64,000 bases of DNA from Camelus dromedarius (Eukaryota): NCBI RefSeq assembly GCF_036321535.1, contig NC_087438.1:8868001-8932000 (forward strand), given 5' to 3'. The notes under the pieces were generated by a model, which saw only the letters and a list, made by a program, of their open reading frames with translations, was not told where the DNA came from and did no database searches. Each line of letters starts with the position of its first letter. The stretch's first letter is position 1. Shown here in pieces: positions 62,729 to 64,000 of the stretch. Made by a program: the position numbers and the translations under genes.

Positions 62729-63213
62729 TAGACAGTTTTCGATTTACAGTGGTTTGATGTAAAGTTTTTCAACTTTATGATGGTGCAAAAGCAATACCCT
62801 TGATAGAAACCATACTTCAAATTTTGAATTTTGATTTTTTTCCTGGGCTAGTGATGTGTGGTCTGATACTCTCTTGTAAGGCTGGGTAGCAGCAGTGAGC
62901 CACACCATTCCCACGGTAGACAATTGATACACTTATAACCTTTCTGCCCAGATAAGACTATTCTGTTTTTCACTTTCAGTATAGTATTCAATAAATTACA
63001 TGTGATATTAGATACTTTGTTATCAAATAGGTTTTGTGTTAGATAATTTTGCACTGTAGGCTAATATAAATGTTCTGAGCACATTTAACGTAGACAAAGC
63101 TAAGATACGATGTTCAGTAGGTTAGGTGTATTAAATGCATTTCAATTAAGGATATTTTTAACTTACTATGGGTTTATTGGGAAGTAAACTCATTGTAAGT
63201 TGAAGAAGAGCTG
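62729..63213 (-). mobile_element. MER47/Tigger5-derived DNA transposon
   Basis: 'aactttatgatggtgcaaaagc...ttcactttcagtatagtattcaataaattacatg...gttcagtaggttaggtgtattaaatgcattt...cattgtaagttgaagaagagctg', followed by TA. Confidence 0.85.
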
Positions 63214-63657
63214 TAATTTGAAAGTTTGCTCCTGCTTCCTTAATTATTAGTTTCCTTCAGCATGTGTTGTTTATTAATTTTGGCTTTCTTTCTTCCATGT
63301 GGTGCATTTTATTGCAATGTTTTCTAATTTTTATTCCTTTTTAGGGCTGGTAAAGCCAGTATCGGTTTCCAGGCATCTCTCAGAATACTCAGGTTCTCAT
63401 GTACCACATTCAGCTTGTTATATCCTGTCAAGATTCTTCCAGCGATGGCTGGTGACTCTTTATATATGAGTAAAATTCAAAGACTCACTATGGTAAGAGC
63501 AAGGGGACAAGCCACAGTCCTGCACACTGCAGTGGCTCCTGCAGCCACAATTGCTGTCATCATCTTATTCCTCCACCAGCCATCTGACATTCCCCTAACC
63601 CAAGACCAGCACTTCCACTCGATACAGGAGAATATGGGGGGCGCAAGTGGATGGCCA

Positions 63658-64000
63658 TGTCTCAGGTCTCAGATGAGTCTCTGGGATGCACACTGCCAAG
63701 TGAGGGTCCTTGGCTTTGTGCAGGAAAGAATTCAAGGGTAAGCCATTGTTGATAAAAGTAGATTTATTCAGAGAGGTGGACGCTCCATAGACAGAGTGAA
63801 GGCTGCCTCAGAAGGCAGGAGAAAGAGAGCAACTGTTTTTAGATGCTAATAAGTGAGAGGATTATTCCAACTACTTTGGGAGTAGGGGTGGGAACTCCCA
63901 GGAATTGGGCCACCACCCTCTTTTCGACCTTTCATGGTTAGCTTGGGAGCTGTCACGGCACCTGTGGGTGTGTCATTTACCATGCTAATATATTACAATG
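63658..64000 (-). mobile_element. ERV1-class LTR running off the window edge
   Basis: 'gggtccttggctttgtgcaggaaagaattcaagg...gatttattc' (antisense U5 and AATAAA) and 'ggattattccaactactttggg...ggaattgggccaccacc'. Confidence 0.8.

Noticed and set aside
1..64000. The listed short ORFs as genes
   Set aside because: All are 60-138 aa, many start at non-ATG codons, and many overlap repeats or microsatellites. None resembles a cellular protein I know; only L1-derived peptides are recognisable.
1..64000. A novel multi-gene, CRISPR-like or defence system
   Set aside because: There is no operon-like structure, repeat-spacer array or long ORF. The sequence is mammalian non-coding DNA.

Overview
AT-rich, CpG-poor placental-mammal genomic DNA, either intergenic or deep intronic. 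I find no recognisable cellular protein-coding gene, rRNA, tRNA or CRISPR array. The ORF track is essentially noise, apart from LINE-1 ORF2 (55980-56420) and a LINE-1 ORF1 remnant (about 54431-54643). Much of the window is interspersed repeat. Ancient pan-eutherian elements include L2, MIR, L1M, MLT1, LTR16, MER21, MER33, MER53, Tigger2a and MER47. Younger elements include L1 3' ends of laurasiatherian type and several lineage-specific ERV LTRs, three with perfect target-site duplications (TSDs). No Alu, B1/B2, Bov-A/tA, PRE-1, CanSINE or ERE was seen; together with one camelid-SINE-like tail this points tentatively to a camelid. I see no new multi-gene system. The most unusual items are retroelement scars: an ERV2-type LTR that keeps a primer-binding-site (PBS) stub fused to the last bases of a second LTR, an orphan internal L1 RT fragment with an open frame, and a twin-primed inverted L1. 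There are also a few candidate exons and regulatory clusters in unique sequence. Repeat family names come from recalled consensus sequences, not a database search. Boundaries of old repeats are approximate.
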